64,000 bases of DNA from Vulcanimicrobiota bacterium (GCA_050250895.1 JBFWNU010000001.1:3520149-3584148), one strand, 5' to 3'. Counted from the first letter of the stretch, positions 38,862 to 49,035 are shown. The notes: a model not told the origin generated them from the letters alone. Program-made: numbers and translations.

Positions 38862-41087
38862 CTAAAGGATATTGTTAGTCCCCATGCGCTGATAGAAGGC
38901 ATAACCCTTGGGCGGCAGCTTGACCGTGAGCGAGCCTTCCTCGACCTGACTGGCCGCGCCGCCTAGCAGATTCGCCAGCGGGCCGTCGGGCAGGCCCGTG
39001 GGCACCTCGAGGGTGCGGGGCTCGTCGGCGTTGTTGAAGAGACAGACGACCGTCTCGTCGGGGCGCAGCCTGGCCAGGGCGTAAGTATCCTGGGTGACCA
39101 GCAGCTCTTTCTGGGTGCCCAGGGTCAGAGCTTGCGAGCCGTGGCGAGCCTGGCTAAGTTCCTGGACCAGCGGAGCCAGGGCGGGCGGGGTCTGCCAGTC
39201 GATGTCGCCCCGATTGCCAGGAAAGGCACCCGTCATGGCCCATTCGGTGCCATAGTAGAGCGTCGGCATGCCGCGACAGGCGTAGAGAAAGGCCAGGGCT
39301 AACTCGAGCTTACGCGTATCGCCGCCGCAGTCTGACATAAACCGCAGCATGTCGTGGTTGTCGACAAAGATGCTCAGCTTGCGTGGGTTGTCATAGTATT
39401 TGTCGTCGGCCAGCGCCTCTGAGAGAACCCGCATGCTCTCGCCGCCATTCGAGAAGCGCAGCCGGTCGGCTTCCTGGTCGTTGTCGAGCTGCACCTCGTC
39501 GGCCAGGGCGAAGCGTTCTTTGTCGCTGCGCTGGGGATCCGAGGCGAAAACGCGGCGGATGGCGTAGGCCAGGCGAAAGTCGAACATCGAGTCCAGGGTC
39601 CGGTTCTGATAGCCGGCCACGAAGTTGGCGTCCTGCCAGAAGGCTTCGCCCACCGAGAGATAGTCCGGGTGTCCCTCGCGCATCGACTCGTTGAAGCGCT
39701 GCAAGAACGGCTCGGGCACGTGGCGTACGGCGTCGAGCCGCAGGGCGTCGAGGCCCGTTTTGTCCATCCAGTCTTGATGGACCTTGATGAGGTAGTCGGC
39801 CACCTCGGGTTGCTCCTGGTCGAGGTCGGGCAGGCCCGCCAAAGAGCCATGCTCCATGGCGTACTGGTCGCGCCCCCAGATCTTGCCTTCGCGGTGGAAC
39901 CAGCGGCCCCGGTCGGGATCCCTGGTCCAGGGATGATTGTAGCTCACGTGGTTGAGCACCACGTCGAGCATGACTTTCATGCCCTTCTGGTGGGCTTTCT
40001 CGCAAAGCTCTTTGAGGTCGTCGAGCGAGCCGAACGACGGCTCTGGGGCCTCGAAGTCCACCGGCCAATAGCCGTGATAGCCGTCCATGCCCAGAAAATC
40101 GCGCTCGTTCTGGTAGGGGCAAGACAACCACAGGCAATCGACGCCCAGGCCGTCGAGATAGTCGAGCTTGTCGATGACGCCCCGCCAGTCTCCGCCGTGG
40201 AAGCGTTGCGGCTGGCTGGGGTCGGTGCCCTGATCGTTGGTCGGGTCGCCGTTGTGGAAGCGGTCGGTCACGCCGTAGTAGATGGTGCGACCTTCCCAGC
40301 GGAAGATCCCTTCCAGGCTGCCGGGCGGCAGTTTCTGGTCGACCTGGCCCGAGAGCTTGTCAGCTCCGGTCGAAACGGCCACGGTGAGCGGCTGGGTCGT
40401 CCAGCCCTGGGCGCGCAGACGATCTTTGTCGAGTTCGACCAGCAGGCAGCTGAGTTCGGGAGAGTGATAGACGTTGAGGCCCTCGGCGTGCTCGAGGTCG
40501 TTCTTGATGGGCAGTTCCAACTGGCCGCCATCCCAGCTGACGGTCAGGTCGGTGTTCAGGTGGCCGCGCTCGGCGCCGGCTCTGAGGTGGGCCAGTTCGG
40601 CTTGAATTCGCAACGGTTCGTCAGGGTTGCCCAGGCGGGCGCTCAGCGCGAACAGATCGCGAGAGCTATCGAATCCATCATAACGGCGAACGACCTCACC
40701 GACCGGGTCCAGCGCGATCAGGTCCTGGCGGCCGAGAGGTTGGGGCAGCGGGCCGGTGCGGGCGGCCCGATCACTCTGCTTGGCCCGGAGCCCTTCCTGA
40801 GTGATCTGGCTGTTGAGGGCGGCCCGGTCTCTGGCCTGCCCCGAGTAGTCTTTGCCGGGGCGGCTCAGGACCCAGCCCGCCACCAATCCGCAGGCGCCCC
40901 CAACGGCGGCTGCCGGCAGCGAGTGGCAGGCGCCCAGAGCGGCCCCGGCAACCCCGCTTAAAGCTACCGCCGCCCACCGTTTCTGGGGGGGCGAGAGGGT
41001 AACCCGGTCGGGAGCCTTCGGCTTGTCTGTCGGTCCGCGAAGGGTCGGTGGCTGCACGTTGAACGTGCGCACCGGCTGGATCTTCAT
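38862..41087 (-). CDS. GH13 alpha-amylase family hydrolase with long N-terminal extension
   Basis: DRFHNGD, GGDWRG, YHGYW, DVVLNH, LRLDAVRH, GEAF and VDNHD motifs. Confidence 0.92.
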   Translation of the reverse strand: MKIQPVRTFNVQPPTLRGPTDKPKAPDRVTLSPPQKRWAAVALSGVAGAALGACHSLPAAAVGGACGLVAGWVLSRPGKDYSGQARDRAALNSQITQEGLRAKQSDRAARTGPLPQPLGRQDLIALDPVGEVVRRYDGFDSSRDLFALSARLGNPDEPLRIQAELAHLRAGAERGHLNTDLTVSWDGGQLELPIKNDLEHAEGLNVYHSPELSCLLVELDKDRLRAQGWTTQPLTVAVSTGADKLSGQVDQKLPPGSLEGIFRWEGRTIYYGVTDRFHNGDPTNDQGTDPSQPQRFHGGDWRGVIDKLDYLDGLGVDCLWLSCPYQNERDFLGMDGYHGYWPVDFEAPEPSFGSLDDLKELCEKAHQKGMKVMLDVVLNHVSYNHPWTRDPDRGRWFHREGKIWGRDQYAMEHGSLAGLPDLDQEQPEVADYLIKVHQDWMDKTGLDALRLDAVRHVPEPFLQRFNESMREGHPDYLSVGEAFWQDANFVAGYQNRTLDSMFDFRLAYAIRRVFASDPQRSDKERFALADEVQLDNDQEADRLRFSNGGESMRVLSEALADDKYYDNPRKLSIFVDNHDMLRFMSDCGGDTRKLELALAFLYACRGMPTLYYGTEWAMTGAFPGNRGDIDWQTPPALAPLVQELSQARHGSQALTLGTQKELLVTQDTYALARLRPDETVVCLFNNADEPRTLEVPTGLPDGPLANLLGGAASQVEEGSLTVKLPPKGYAFYQRMGTNNIL

Positions 41088-41093
41088 GGCCGC

Positions 41094-41136
41094 AATCTAG
41101 CCTGCCGGTCTGAAAGCACTCTTAACTTCTCTGAAC
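41094..41136 (-). promoter_or_regulatory. Shared tandem-box promoter, leaderless
   Basis: GTTCAG-N4-GTTAAG-N5-TTTCAG-N10-TAGATT-N6-ATG. Confidence 0.6.
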
Positions 41137-41157
41137 TTCTTCACCAGCAGTCTGAAA

Positions 41158-41190
41158 TTTCAGCATAGTTTCACCTGGGCCGACTAGACT
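41158..41190 (+). promoter_or_regulatory. Shared tandem-box promoter, leaderless
   Basis: TTTCAG-N5-TTTCAC-N10-TAGACT-N7-ATG. Confidence 0.6.
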
Positions 41191-41197
41191 GCCAGGG

Positions 41198-42070
41198 ATG
41201 AAAGTAGGTGCTTTCAGTGCCCCGCCTCTCAAGGCTGTGGCCCCGCCCCCTCCCCAACAGGCAGAGGACAAGCCGGCCGAGCCGAAAGAGGAAAAGGATA
41301 GCTTCCAACTGTCCGAGACCCTGTCTCGGATTGGTGGCAACGTCCTGCATGGGTTGGCCAAGATTCCCACTGCCTACCGTTACGTTCCCGGCCTGCTGCG
41401 TTTTGCCGTGGTCGACGGTCTGGTGACGACCCTCCAGGTCACGGCCGGCCTGACCGGACTGGCCGGCATGGCCGGTCTCAGCGTGGCCGGTTTCGTGGAT
41501 GTCTACAATGGCATCAAAAAGAAGGACCCGGTCCAGGCTCTAGGCGGTGCGGGCGAGATCGCTCGCGGTCTGTTTGTGGGCGGCCTGGCCGCCAGCAAAG
41601 CTTTCGATCTCGGCGCTCACACCGCCCTGGTGGGGACCGGCGCCCAGGCCTTTGGCTGGGCGAGCGGCGTGCTCAGCCTGGGCTCGGGCGTGTGCAAGCT
41701 CCATCGAGGCATCAAGAATGGCGACCGCAAGGAAAAGTTGGTCGGCATGCTCGAGTGCGGCATGGCGGCCGCTTCCTTCTGTTTGCTCGGCGGTATGGCT
41801 TTTACTCCGGTTCTGATTGCCCAGGGCGCCATGGCGGCGGCCAAGACGATCTACACCAACTGGGACACCATCGTCTCGGTGGGAGGGGCCATCAAGCGCA
41901 AAGCAGGCCAGTTGTGGAACAAGTTCGTGGACATCTTCCGAGAACCGCCCAAGGCTGGCGAGGCTACCAGCGAGCCGCCTGAGAAAGCACCGAGCCAAAC
42001 AAGCCCGGGCAAGTCGGTGGATCCGTCTCGACCAATCGAGCCAAAGCGTTTTCCGGCCTACTGGATTTGA
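41198..42070 (+). CDS. Hypothetical Gly/Ala-rich membrane-inserting protein
   Basis: Disordered leader ending DSFQLS, then several Gly-rich hydrophobic helices. Confidence 0.75.
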   Translation: MKVGAFSAPPLKAVAPPPPQQAEDKPAEPKEEKDSFQLSETLSRIGGNVLHGLAKIPTAYRYVPGLLRFAVVDGLVTTLQVTAGLTGLAGMAGLSVAGFVDVYNGIKKKDPVQALGGAGEIARGLFVGGLAASKAFDLGAHTALVGTGAQAFGWASGVLSLGSGVCKLHRGIKNGDRKEKLVGMLECGMAAASFCLLGGMAFTPVLIAQGAMAAAKTIYTNWDTIVSVGGAIKRKAGQLWNKFVDIFREPPKAGEATSEPPEKAPSQTSPGKSVDPSRPIEPKRFPAYWI

Positions 42071-45002
42071 ACAACCGAGCGTCCGGCGAGGCTTCCAGGC
42101 GGCCGTCCTCGGACAGAAAGAGCCAGTCTTGACCGCTGGTGTAGAGAATTCCCAGGCGCTCGTCCCGGCCCACGTGCCAGAATTCGAGGCCCTCGGCCTC
42201 CCGACGCACTTCGATGGGCGAGGCCTTGGGTCGAAAAGAGCAAACGCCGGCCATGCCCGCAAACTCTTGCGGCCGTGACCAACCGAGCCGCGGATGAGCC
42301 CGCCACACCTGGCGGCTGCCGAAGCGAATGGCCATCTCCGACAGCCAGCTAAACGGCTCGAGATAGCTCTGCTCGCCCCTGAGCAACTCATGCTGCTCGT
42401 CGAATTCGGCCACAATCTCGGCCGTCTCGGTTCGATGCAGCGTGAGTCTGGCCCCCCGGCGGTCGAGCACCAGACAGTATGTGCCCGCCGGGCTGAATCG
42501 GGCGTAGGTGCCCCGCCCCAACTTGAGAGGATCCCCCGCTTGGCGGCGCAGCCAGACCCAGCCGTCGTCGGTCCTGAACAAGAGCTTGAACTCGCGAGGA
42601 TGCACATCCTCGATATGGGTCTCTTCCTCCCAGGCCGTCGCTTCGGGCGCTCGATAGCGGGTTCGCGAGTCGTCCACCAGGCAGTGGGGCTGCGAGCAGG
42701 AGCCCACCTCGGGCAGTTGGCCCAGCAACGGCTGGTCGATGAAGGTGAGCCGCTGGCCGGTAGCCAGGCTGAGCACCTCGGTGCGGCGATTGCGGGTGGC
42801 GAACACCAGGGTCCGGTCATCGTTGAGCCGCAGACGCGCGCGGTCGGGAACCGCGCATCCCGACTGACCGGTGGCGGGATCGAAGAGCTCCCAACCCAGG
42901 GCACGCTTGCGCAGCAGCACCCCGTCGTCGATCCAGGCCTCGGGTAGAGGCTCGATCCGACCGTCTTGATAGCTCACCCAGAAGACACCTTGGCCATCGC
43001 TCCAGGCGAACCACTCGGGGGCGTTGACCAGTTCGGCCTGAACCAGCCCCCACAACGGCTCGAAGCTGTCGGCTTTACGCCAGAATTTTCGCTCCATGAG
43101 CACGAAGGTCTGGCGAGGCGAGACTTCGAGCACCAGCTGCGCGTTGGCTCCCCACTCCTGGTCGAATCCCAGGCGAGATAGGGTGGTCGGTCGCTTCGCC
43201 TCGGCGCGCGCGGTCTGGCCCCGCAGGCGGTAGACCCACGCCTGGTCTTCGGCGTCATAGAAATAGAACGAGTCACTATCCCAGGAGAACCTTCCCTCGG
43301 GCCCCGCTAGTTTGGCCAGCACCGCACCAGTGCGAGCGTTGGTGATGCGAATCGGGTCCGGGGTTCCGTGAGTTTGCAGGGCCAGCCATTGTCCGTCCGG
43401 GGAGAGGTCGACCAGCCAGGGAACATGCTCGCGAGTCTGGAGGCCCCCCAGAGCGAGGGTGAAGAGGTTTTCGCCCACCCGGTAGCAGAGGGTCGTAGCG
43501 GCCAGGCCCAGGAATTCGGCCACCTGGTGCTCGAGGGGGATTTCCTGGCTGGCGTGGTCCTCTAGCGACCAAAGCGTCAATCGCCCGGGGTGGCTCAGGA
43601 TGAGGGTGGCCGAGGCGAAGATGGCCGAGGCCACGTCCTCGAAGGTTTGGACCAGGTGGCCGGTGGCTTGCTCGAACACCCGCAGGGTGGCCCCGTCGAG
43701 CAAAGCGAGATAGGTGCCCTCAGGGTGCCCATAGGCCTGTTCGAAGGGAGGCAGAAGAAACAGGGTCCGGCCGCTCTCGACTTCGACCACTCGCCGGCCT
43801 ACCACCAGCTGGTTTGGGCCGGCGCACATCAGGGGGTAGCCGGCCGGAAATCCGCTCTCGAAATAGTAGCGCGGATGTTGGCGCCGCCAGGCCGGTTCGA
43901 GGGCCAGATCCTCGGGCAGGATGGCCTCGGTATCGAGATATCCCAGGCCAGACCTGGAGAATGGCCTGGGTTGGCCGGCGCGGTCCCTGAGCAAAGCCAG
44001 ACCCGGACGTTGAGCGGCCTGGGCCAGTAAGGGCGCCAGTCCGGTCCGTTGCTCGAGCCGGGCCGCCGCTTCTAGCAACGAGCCGGCCAGGCTGTCGAGT
44101 TCTGCGAGCAAGGCCAGCAAGCGGTCGTTTTCGACCAGCTCGGTGCGGGTGCTGTCGAGGTGGACCTCGTCGGGATTGGCCACCACCGTCAGTCCCCGGG
44201 GCAGGCTGGCGAAGGCAAGCCAGTAAGTGATGCCCTCCACCACCAGTCCCAGGTAGCCCGGCCGGTCGGTGTAGTCAAAGCGCGCGTGGACCGAGTAGGG
44301 CAAAGGCGAGGAATATCCCTGGCCGGGGCCCGCTAGCGGCCGGTCGGGTCGTTGCCAATAGCGCCAGATGATGGCCACGTCGTCGGCCTGCTGGTCGGGC
44401 AAAGGAGTGTCGCTGTCGACCTTGACCGGGCTGTAACGGCAGGCCCAGCTCAGCACCAGATTGGCCTCGTCGCGGCTGGTGGGTTGCTTGCCCCAAGCCG
44501 CCGGCGAGCCGAATTTGCCGGCTTTCTCGAGAGTGAACCGGAGTCCCTCGACCTTCGCCTGGCGCCGCTGGTGGCTTTGGCCTCGGGGGCTCCAGCAAAA
44601 TCGTTCACTGGCCGTTTCTACCACGATTCGTCGAGGCCGCAGATGGCTGGCGCAATAGACGGCCAGCGCCAGGCGGTGGAGAGCCGAGTCTTTTCGGCTC
44701 AAGAGATGGCCTTCCAGATTTTCGAGCGTCGGAGGATCCACTTCGAACTCGACCGCGTGCTCCATGCCTCCGAAGTGGATGCCGGTCAATTCCTCCAGCC
44801 GCACCCAGCCGGCCGCCCGGTTGCGCACCCGCATCGTTCGGGCTCCCAACAGATAGGCGCAGCTGAGCAGGTGAGCCAGGTAGAATTCGGGCGACGTGCT
44901 CAAAGCTTCGAGAAACAGCGCGGACGCGCGCTCCTGATCGATTCCGAAAACGCTCTGGCCAGTTGTGGGGCTGAGGCCCTGCTGCTCGAGAAAGCTATCC
45001 AC
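41964..45002 (-). CDS. Large hypothetical protein with beta-propeller-like repeats
   Basis: About 1000 aa with LSPDGQWLA and FSPAGTY blades. Start estimated at GTG 45002 (the ORF extends to 45107). Confidence 0.65.
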   Translation of the reverse strand: MDSFLEQQGLSPTTGQSVFGIDQERASALFLEALSTSPEFYLAHLLSCAYLLGARTMRVRNRAAGWVRLEELTGIHFGGMEHAVEFEVDPPTLENLEGHLLSRKDSALHRLALAVYCASHLRPRRIVVETASERFCWSPRGQSHQRRQAKVEGLRFTLEKAGKFGSPAAWGKQPTSRDEANLVLSWACRYSPVKVDSDTPLPDQQADDVAIIWRYWQRPDRPLAGPGQGYSSPLPYSVHARFDYTDRPGYLGLVVEGITYWLAFASLPRGLTVVANPDEVHLDSTRTELVENDRLLALLAELDSLAGSLLEAAARLEQRTGLAPLLAQAAQRPGLALLRDRAGQPRPFSRSGLGYLDTEAILPEDLALEPAWRRQHPRYYFESGFPAGYPLMCAGPNQLVVGRRVVEVESGRTLFLLPPFEQAYGHPEGTYLALLDGATLRVFEQATGHLVQTFEDVASAIFASATLILSHPGRLTLWSLEDHASQEIPLEHQVAEFLGLAATTLCYRVGENLFTLALGGLQTREHVPWLVDLSPDGQWLALQTHGTPDPIRITNARTGAVLAKLAGPEGRFSWDSDSFYFYDAEDQAWVYRLRGQTARAEAKRPTTLSRLGFDQEWGANAQLVLEVSPRQTFVLMERKFWRKADSFEPLWGLVQAELVNAPEWFAWSDGQGVFWVSYQDGRIEPLPEAWIDDGVLLRKRALGWELFDPATGQSGCAVPDRARLRLNDDRTLVFATRNRRTEVLSLATGQRLTFIDQPLLGQLPEVGSCSQPHCLVDDSRTRYRAPEATAWEEETHIEDVHPREFKLLFRTDDGWVWLRRQAGDPLKLGRGTYARFSPAGTYCLVLDRRGARLTLHRTETAEIVAEFDEQHELLRGEQSYLEPFSWLSEMAIRFGSRQVWRAHPRLGWSRPQEFAGMAGVCSFRPKASPIEVRREAEGLEFWHVGRDERLGILYTSGQDWLFLSEDGRLEASPDARLFKSSRPENALARLVETDPPTCPGLFGSVLSQAARW

Positions 45003-45056
45003 GGCGCGTTCTTCTACCCTCGGGCCGCATGCTCCGTCTGGGGGGCACCCTCGCTC

Positions 45057-45089
45057 CGTCAGAAGTTTTTCAGGGTCGATGCCTAGACT
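45057..45089 (+). promoter_or_regulatory. Shared tandem-box promoter, leaderless
   Basis: CGTCAG-N5-TTTCAG-N10-TAGACT-N6-ATG. Confidence 0.6.
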
Positions 45090-45095
45090 CGACCT

Positions 45096-46055
45096 ATGCA
45101 GGTTCAAGCCGGAGGGATTTCATTCCACGCGCCCTTGGTTCGACGAGCGGGTGCGCTGGCGCAGGCCCCGCTAGACCAGGTGGCTCCGAGCCGACCCGGC
45201 GGCGAGCTGATGCGTCCCGAAACTATCGACTCGGTAGCCCAGAAACTCGAACAGCAGTGGGCCCGCGAGATGCCCAATCCAAAGGCGACCACCGGCATCA
45301 TCGTCGAGCGAGACTGGCGACCCAGCGGGCCTCATGATCCTATCCTGCTAATTGCCGAGGGCATCAAGGCCGCCAACGGACGCCCACGGTTGCTGTACTT
45401 GGGGCGCAACACCCCCACCGCTCAGATGGGCAAGATCAGCTGCCTGGCCATTCCTGGTGGCCGCGACGTCACGCCCGCTCGCTACGGCAAGGTGCTGGGA
45501 CCGGCCATGGATCCCAACGAGCCCGACGCCGCCTTTGACGATTTCACCATCGCCTGTATCAAGATAGCCTTTGAAACCGGCATGCCCATTCTGGGCCACT
45601 GTCGCGGCGAGCAGATCATGAACGTGGCCGCCGGTGGGACCCTGACCCAGGACATTCCCACCGAATTCCACGCGCCGCCAGGCTTTGGTTCGCGCTACGG
45701 CACCAGGATCGATCATCGCCCCGAGGCGGCCCGCAACAGTGTGAGCCTGTGGGAGAAGCCTTCTCATCTGATCTATGTCGAGCCGGGCACCCGGCTGCAC
45801 GAGATCGTGGGCGACTGCCTCGAGCAGGTCAACTCGATTCACCATCAATGCATCGAGAATCTAGCCCCCATGTTCGTCCCCGTGGCCTTCGCCCTCGACG
45901 GCGTCATCGAAGGAATCCAACGCAAAGACATGCCGTGGCAGAACGGCTATCAGTTCCACCCCGAGGGCATGCGCAAGTTCGATGAGAAGTTCCAGAAGCT
46001 CTACGACAACCTCATCGACGATGGGGCGCGTTTCGCTGCCGGCACGCTGTTCTAG
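45096..46055 (+). CDS. Peptidase C26 (PuuD-like gamma-glutamyl hydrolase)
   Basis: PGGRDV, LGHCRGEQ, VNSIHHQ and QFHPE motifs. Confidence 0.88.
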   Translation: MQVQAGGISFHAPLVRRAGALAQAPLDQVAPSRPGGELMRPETIDSVAQKLEQQWAREMPNPKATTGIIVERDWRPSGPHDPILLIAEGIKAANGRPRLLYLGRNTPTAQMGKISCLAIPGGRDVTPARYGKVLGPAMDPNEPDAAFDDFTIACIKIAFETGMPILGHCRGEQIMNVAAGGTLTQDIPTEFHAPPGFGSRYGTRIDHRPEAARNSVSLWEKPSHLIYVEPGTRLHEIVGDCLEQVNSIHHQCIENLAPMFVPVAFALDGVIEGIQRKDMPWQNGYQFHPEGMRKFDEKFQKLYDNLIDDGARFAAGTLF

Positions 46056-46573
46056 AAGGCGCGAATCACGATCTGGCCGTCTTGATAGACGGCCATGCCC
46101 ATCCTCACTCGCTGGAGCTTGCCTCGGCGGGCATCATAGCGGGTGAAGCGCAGCTCGTAGCCCGGAAATTGCGCGAAGCGATGCCGGTCTGCATCGAGGC
46201 CACTGAGGCCCACTTCATAAAGGTCGTCCAGCGACTGAATCTCGCCGCCCAGGCGCTCATAGACCCGCCGCACCAGGCTGCCGTCGTCGCTTAGTCGCAA
46301 CTCGCCCACCGACTCATCGGCCTGGCGAAAGAGCAGATGCTTGGAGCCCGACGTGACAAAGACATGCTCGCTGGCGGTGCGGCCGCGCCGGGCCTTCTCG
46401 ACCTGGGCCACCAGTTTCTGATAGGCCGCTTCGACCTCGGGAGTGACTTGCAGTTCGCGATACTGCGGCTTGGGAGCCGGCGAAGGCTCGGCCCCCGAGA
46501 GGGTAACGCCGTCGACCTGGGGAGCCGGTTTCGGCTCCCGCAGGTCGATTTCAAAGCGGTATTTCTTCTTCAA
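46052..46573 (-). CDS. Hypothetical protein
   Basis: TTGA coupling to the upstream peptidase; N-terminal ...PKPAPQVDGVTLS. Confidence 0.6.
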   Translation of the reverse strand: MKKKYRFEIDLREPKPAPQVDGVTLSGAEPSPAPKPQYRELQVTPEVEAAYQKLVAQVEKARRGRTASEHVFVTSGSKHLLFRQADESVGELRLSDDGSLVRRVYERLGGEIQSLDDLYEVGLSGLDADRHRFAQFPGYELRFTRYDARRGKLQRVRMGMAVYQDGQIVIRAF

Positions 46574-48696
46574 CTGGTGGGAAAGCCACGCGAGCGCAGC
46601 AGCGCCTCGATCTTGGGGTCGCGACCGCGGAAATTGCGATAGGCGACGGCCGGATCGATCGTGTTGCCCACCTGCATGATATCGTCGTGGAGTCGCTTGG
46701 CTACCTTCTTGTCGTAGGGGCCATCAGCTTCGAGAAAAGCCTCCCAGCAGTCGTGATCGAGCACTTCCGACCACAGATAGCTGTAGTAGCCGGCCGAATA
46801 GCCGTCGCCGGAAAACACGTGCCCGAATTGCGGGATGCGATGGCGCATCACGATCTCTTTGGGCATGCCCAGCGCGTCGAGGGTCTCTTTTTCGAACTTT
46901 CTGGTGTCGATTTCGACTTCGCCGGCCAGGTGCAGCTTCATGTCGACGATGGCCGAAGCCAGATACTCGACAGTGGCAAAACCCTGGTTGAAGGTGGCCG
47001 CCTTCTCGATCTTTTCCACCAGTTCGGCCGGCATCGCTTTGCCCGTCTGATAGTGCAGGGCGAATTGATTGAGCACCTCGGGCGTCGAGAGCCAGTGTTC
47101 GTTGACCTGCGACGGAAACTCGACATAGTCGCGGGCCACGTTGGTGCCAGCGAGCGACGGGTAGTTGACGTTCGAGTTGAGCCCGTGCAGGGCGTGGCCG
47201 AACTCGTGAAACATCGTCTCGGCGTCGTCCCACGAGATCAGCACCGGCTCACCAGGCTTGCCTTTGACATAGTTGGAGTTGTTGGACACGATCGGAGTAA
47301 TCGTCTTCTTGAACTTCTCCTGGGTGCGGTACTCGTTCATCCAGGCACCCGAGTCCTTGCCGTCGCGAGCGTAAGGATCCCAATACCAGTAGCCGACGTG
47401 GCCGCCGTCTCGGCCTTTGACCTCGAAGATCTCGACCTCGGGATGATAAACCGGCAGACCCTCGACCGGATGGAAGGTAAAGCCGTAGAGTTGGCCGGCC
47501 TGCCAGAACTGCCCGTCGCGCAGGTTGGCCAGCTGTAGATAGGGCTTGATGGCCGCCTGGTCCAGGTCGTATTTGGCTTTGCGCACTTTCTCGGAGTAGT
47601 AGCGATAGTCCCACGGCTCGATGGTGATGTTGTCGCCGTTCTGATCGGCTACCGCCTGCATATCGGCCACTTCTTGATGGACCCTGGCGACGGCCGGTTT
47701 CCAGACCTTGAGCATCAGGTCCATGGCGTTGTCCGGGTTCTTGGCCATGGCGTTCTCGAGACGCCAGTGAGCGTGGGTGGGATAACCCAGCAGCTTGGCT
47801 CGCTTGGCTCGCAACATCAAGATTTCGGAACAGATCGCGTTGTTGTCGTGCTCATCACCGTTGTCGCCGCGGCCCACCCACATGCGCCAACCCTTCTCGC
47901 GCAGGTCGCGGCGCTCGGAGTAGGTGAGGAAAGGCTCCATCGAGGAACGAGTATTGCGGATGGCCCACTTGCCCTTTTGCCCCTTCTCTTCGGCAGCAGC
48001 CGCGGCCGCGTCGATGAACGACTCGGGCAGACCGGCCAGGTCGGCCTTACCCTCGAGCACCAGCAGGTGATTCTCTTCGTCGGCCAGCTGGTTCTGACTG
48101 AACTTGGTATAGAGTTCGGCCAGCCGCTGGTTGTACGTCGACAGCTCGGCCTTGGCCTCGGCGCCCAGCTTGGCCCCCTCGCGCACGAAGTTGGTGTAGT
48201 AGAGCCAGGCCAGTCTTTGCTGCTCGGCACTGAGCTTGGCCTTCTCTGGTGAATTGTAGACCTGCTCGATGCGAGTGAACAGTCCCTGGTTTTGCACGAT
48301 CTCGTCACTGAAGGCCGCAAACTTGGGTGACCACTCGGTATTGATTCTCTGCACCTCGGGGGTGTTGAGGGTCGAGGTCCAAATGCCAAACAGCAGCGAC
48401 ACTCGACTATAGTCGCGCCCCGATCCCTCGAGAGCGGCCAGAGTGTTTTCGAAAGTGGCCGGCTCGGAGTTGTCGGCGATGGCGGCCAGTTCTTTGCGAT
48501 AGCTGGCCATCGAGGCTTCGAAGGCAGGGCCGAACATGTCGGGGCGGATTTTGTTAAAAGGCGGAACGCCTCCGTTGGGTCCAGTCCAAGTTTGCAAGAG
48601 CGGGTTCTCCTTCATCGCCTGGGCGTTGGCCGGCAGCCCCACCGCACGCAACAAGAGCGCGGCACCGCTAGCAGCCAGAAAAGTGCGTCGTTTCAA
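46570..48696 (-). CDS. dcp: M3 family peptidyl-dipeptidase with Tat signal
   Basis: KRRTFL Tat motif, FHEFGHALH, DYVEFPSQ and YSAGYYSY. GGAGAG precedes TTG 48696. Confidence 0.85.
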   Translation of the reverse strand: MKRRTFLAASGAALLLRAVGLPANAQAMKENPLLQTWTGPNGGVPPFNKIRPDMFGPAFEASMASYRKELAAIADNSEPATFENTLAALEGSGRDYSRVSLLFGIWTSTLNTPEVQRINTEWSPKFAAFSDEIVQNQGLFTRIEQVYNSPEKAKLSAEQQRLAWLYYTNFVREGAKLGAEAKAELSTYNQRLAELYTKFSQNQLADEENHLLVLEGKADLAGLPESFIDAAAAAAEEKGQKGKWAIRNTRSSMEPFLTYSERRDLREKGWRMWVGRGDNGDEHDNNAICSEILMLRAKRAKLLGYPTHAHWRLENAMAKNPDNAMDLMLKVWKPAVARVHQEVADMQAVADQNGDNITIEPWDYRYYSEKVRKAKYDLDQAAIKPYLQLANLRDGQFWQAGQLYGFTFHPVEGLPVYHPEVEIFEVKGRDGGHVGYWYWDPYARDGKDSGAWMNEYRTQEKFKKTITPIVSNNSNYVKGKPGEPVLISWDDAETMFHEFGHALHGLNSNVNYPSLAGTNVARDYVEFPSQVNEHWLSTPEVLNQFALHYQTGKAMPAELVEKIEKAATFNQGFATVEYLASAIVDMKLHLAGEVEIDTRKFEKETLDALGMPKEIVMRHRIPQFGHVFSGDGYSAGYYSYLWSEVLDHDCWEAFLEADGPYDKKVAKRLHDDIMQVGNTIDPAVAYRNFRGRDPKIEALLRSRGFPTS

Positions 48697-48919
48697 GATT
48701 TCTCTCCAGTCCTCGAGATGTAGCCTGCATTCCCCTCGGCCAGGCCGAGACCTGCATTTTCTAAGTAACCTGCGGGGGGGGCGCCGGGTTGCGGGCGCCC
48801 TGGCTTTCCAGGGGGTGGTGGACGAGGTAGATAGGCAGGCTTCGGCCGTGGCAGTCGGCAAGAGGCGAGTCGATCATGTAGCGGCCTTGAGCCTCGCACC
48901 AGGCCTTCGTCCCCCGGGG

Positions 48920-49035
48920 GACGAGTTCTTCGTGGTCACCACCGCGGTGGACGGTGAAGAGTGCCGGCCGAGGCTCACTGGGAGGTTTCGCCGCGGCTGA
49001 GATTCAACCCTGACTCCCCGCGGCGACGGCTTGAC
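48920..49035 (+). pseudogene. Decayed fragment of an HNH gene paralogous to 49311-50369, inverted
   Basis: EEC/(frameshift)PAEAHWEVSPRLRFNPDS aligns with HVCPGESKLQLAGRLRFNPSK of the intact gene. Confidence 0.45.

Noticed and set aside
41160-41186. Sigma28 promoter (TCAG-N15-GCCGACTA)
   Set aside because: It appears at only one of the leader genes. The tandem-box plus TAGACT pattern explains all sites better.
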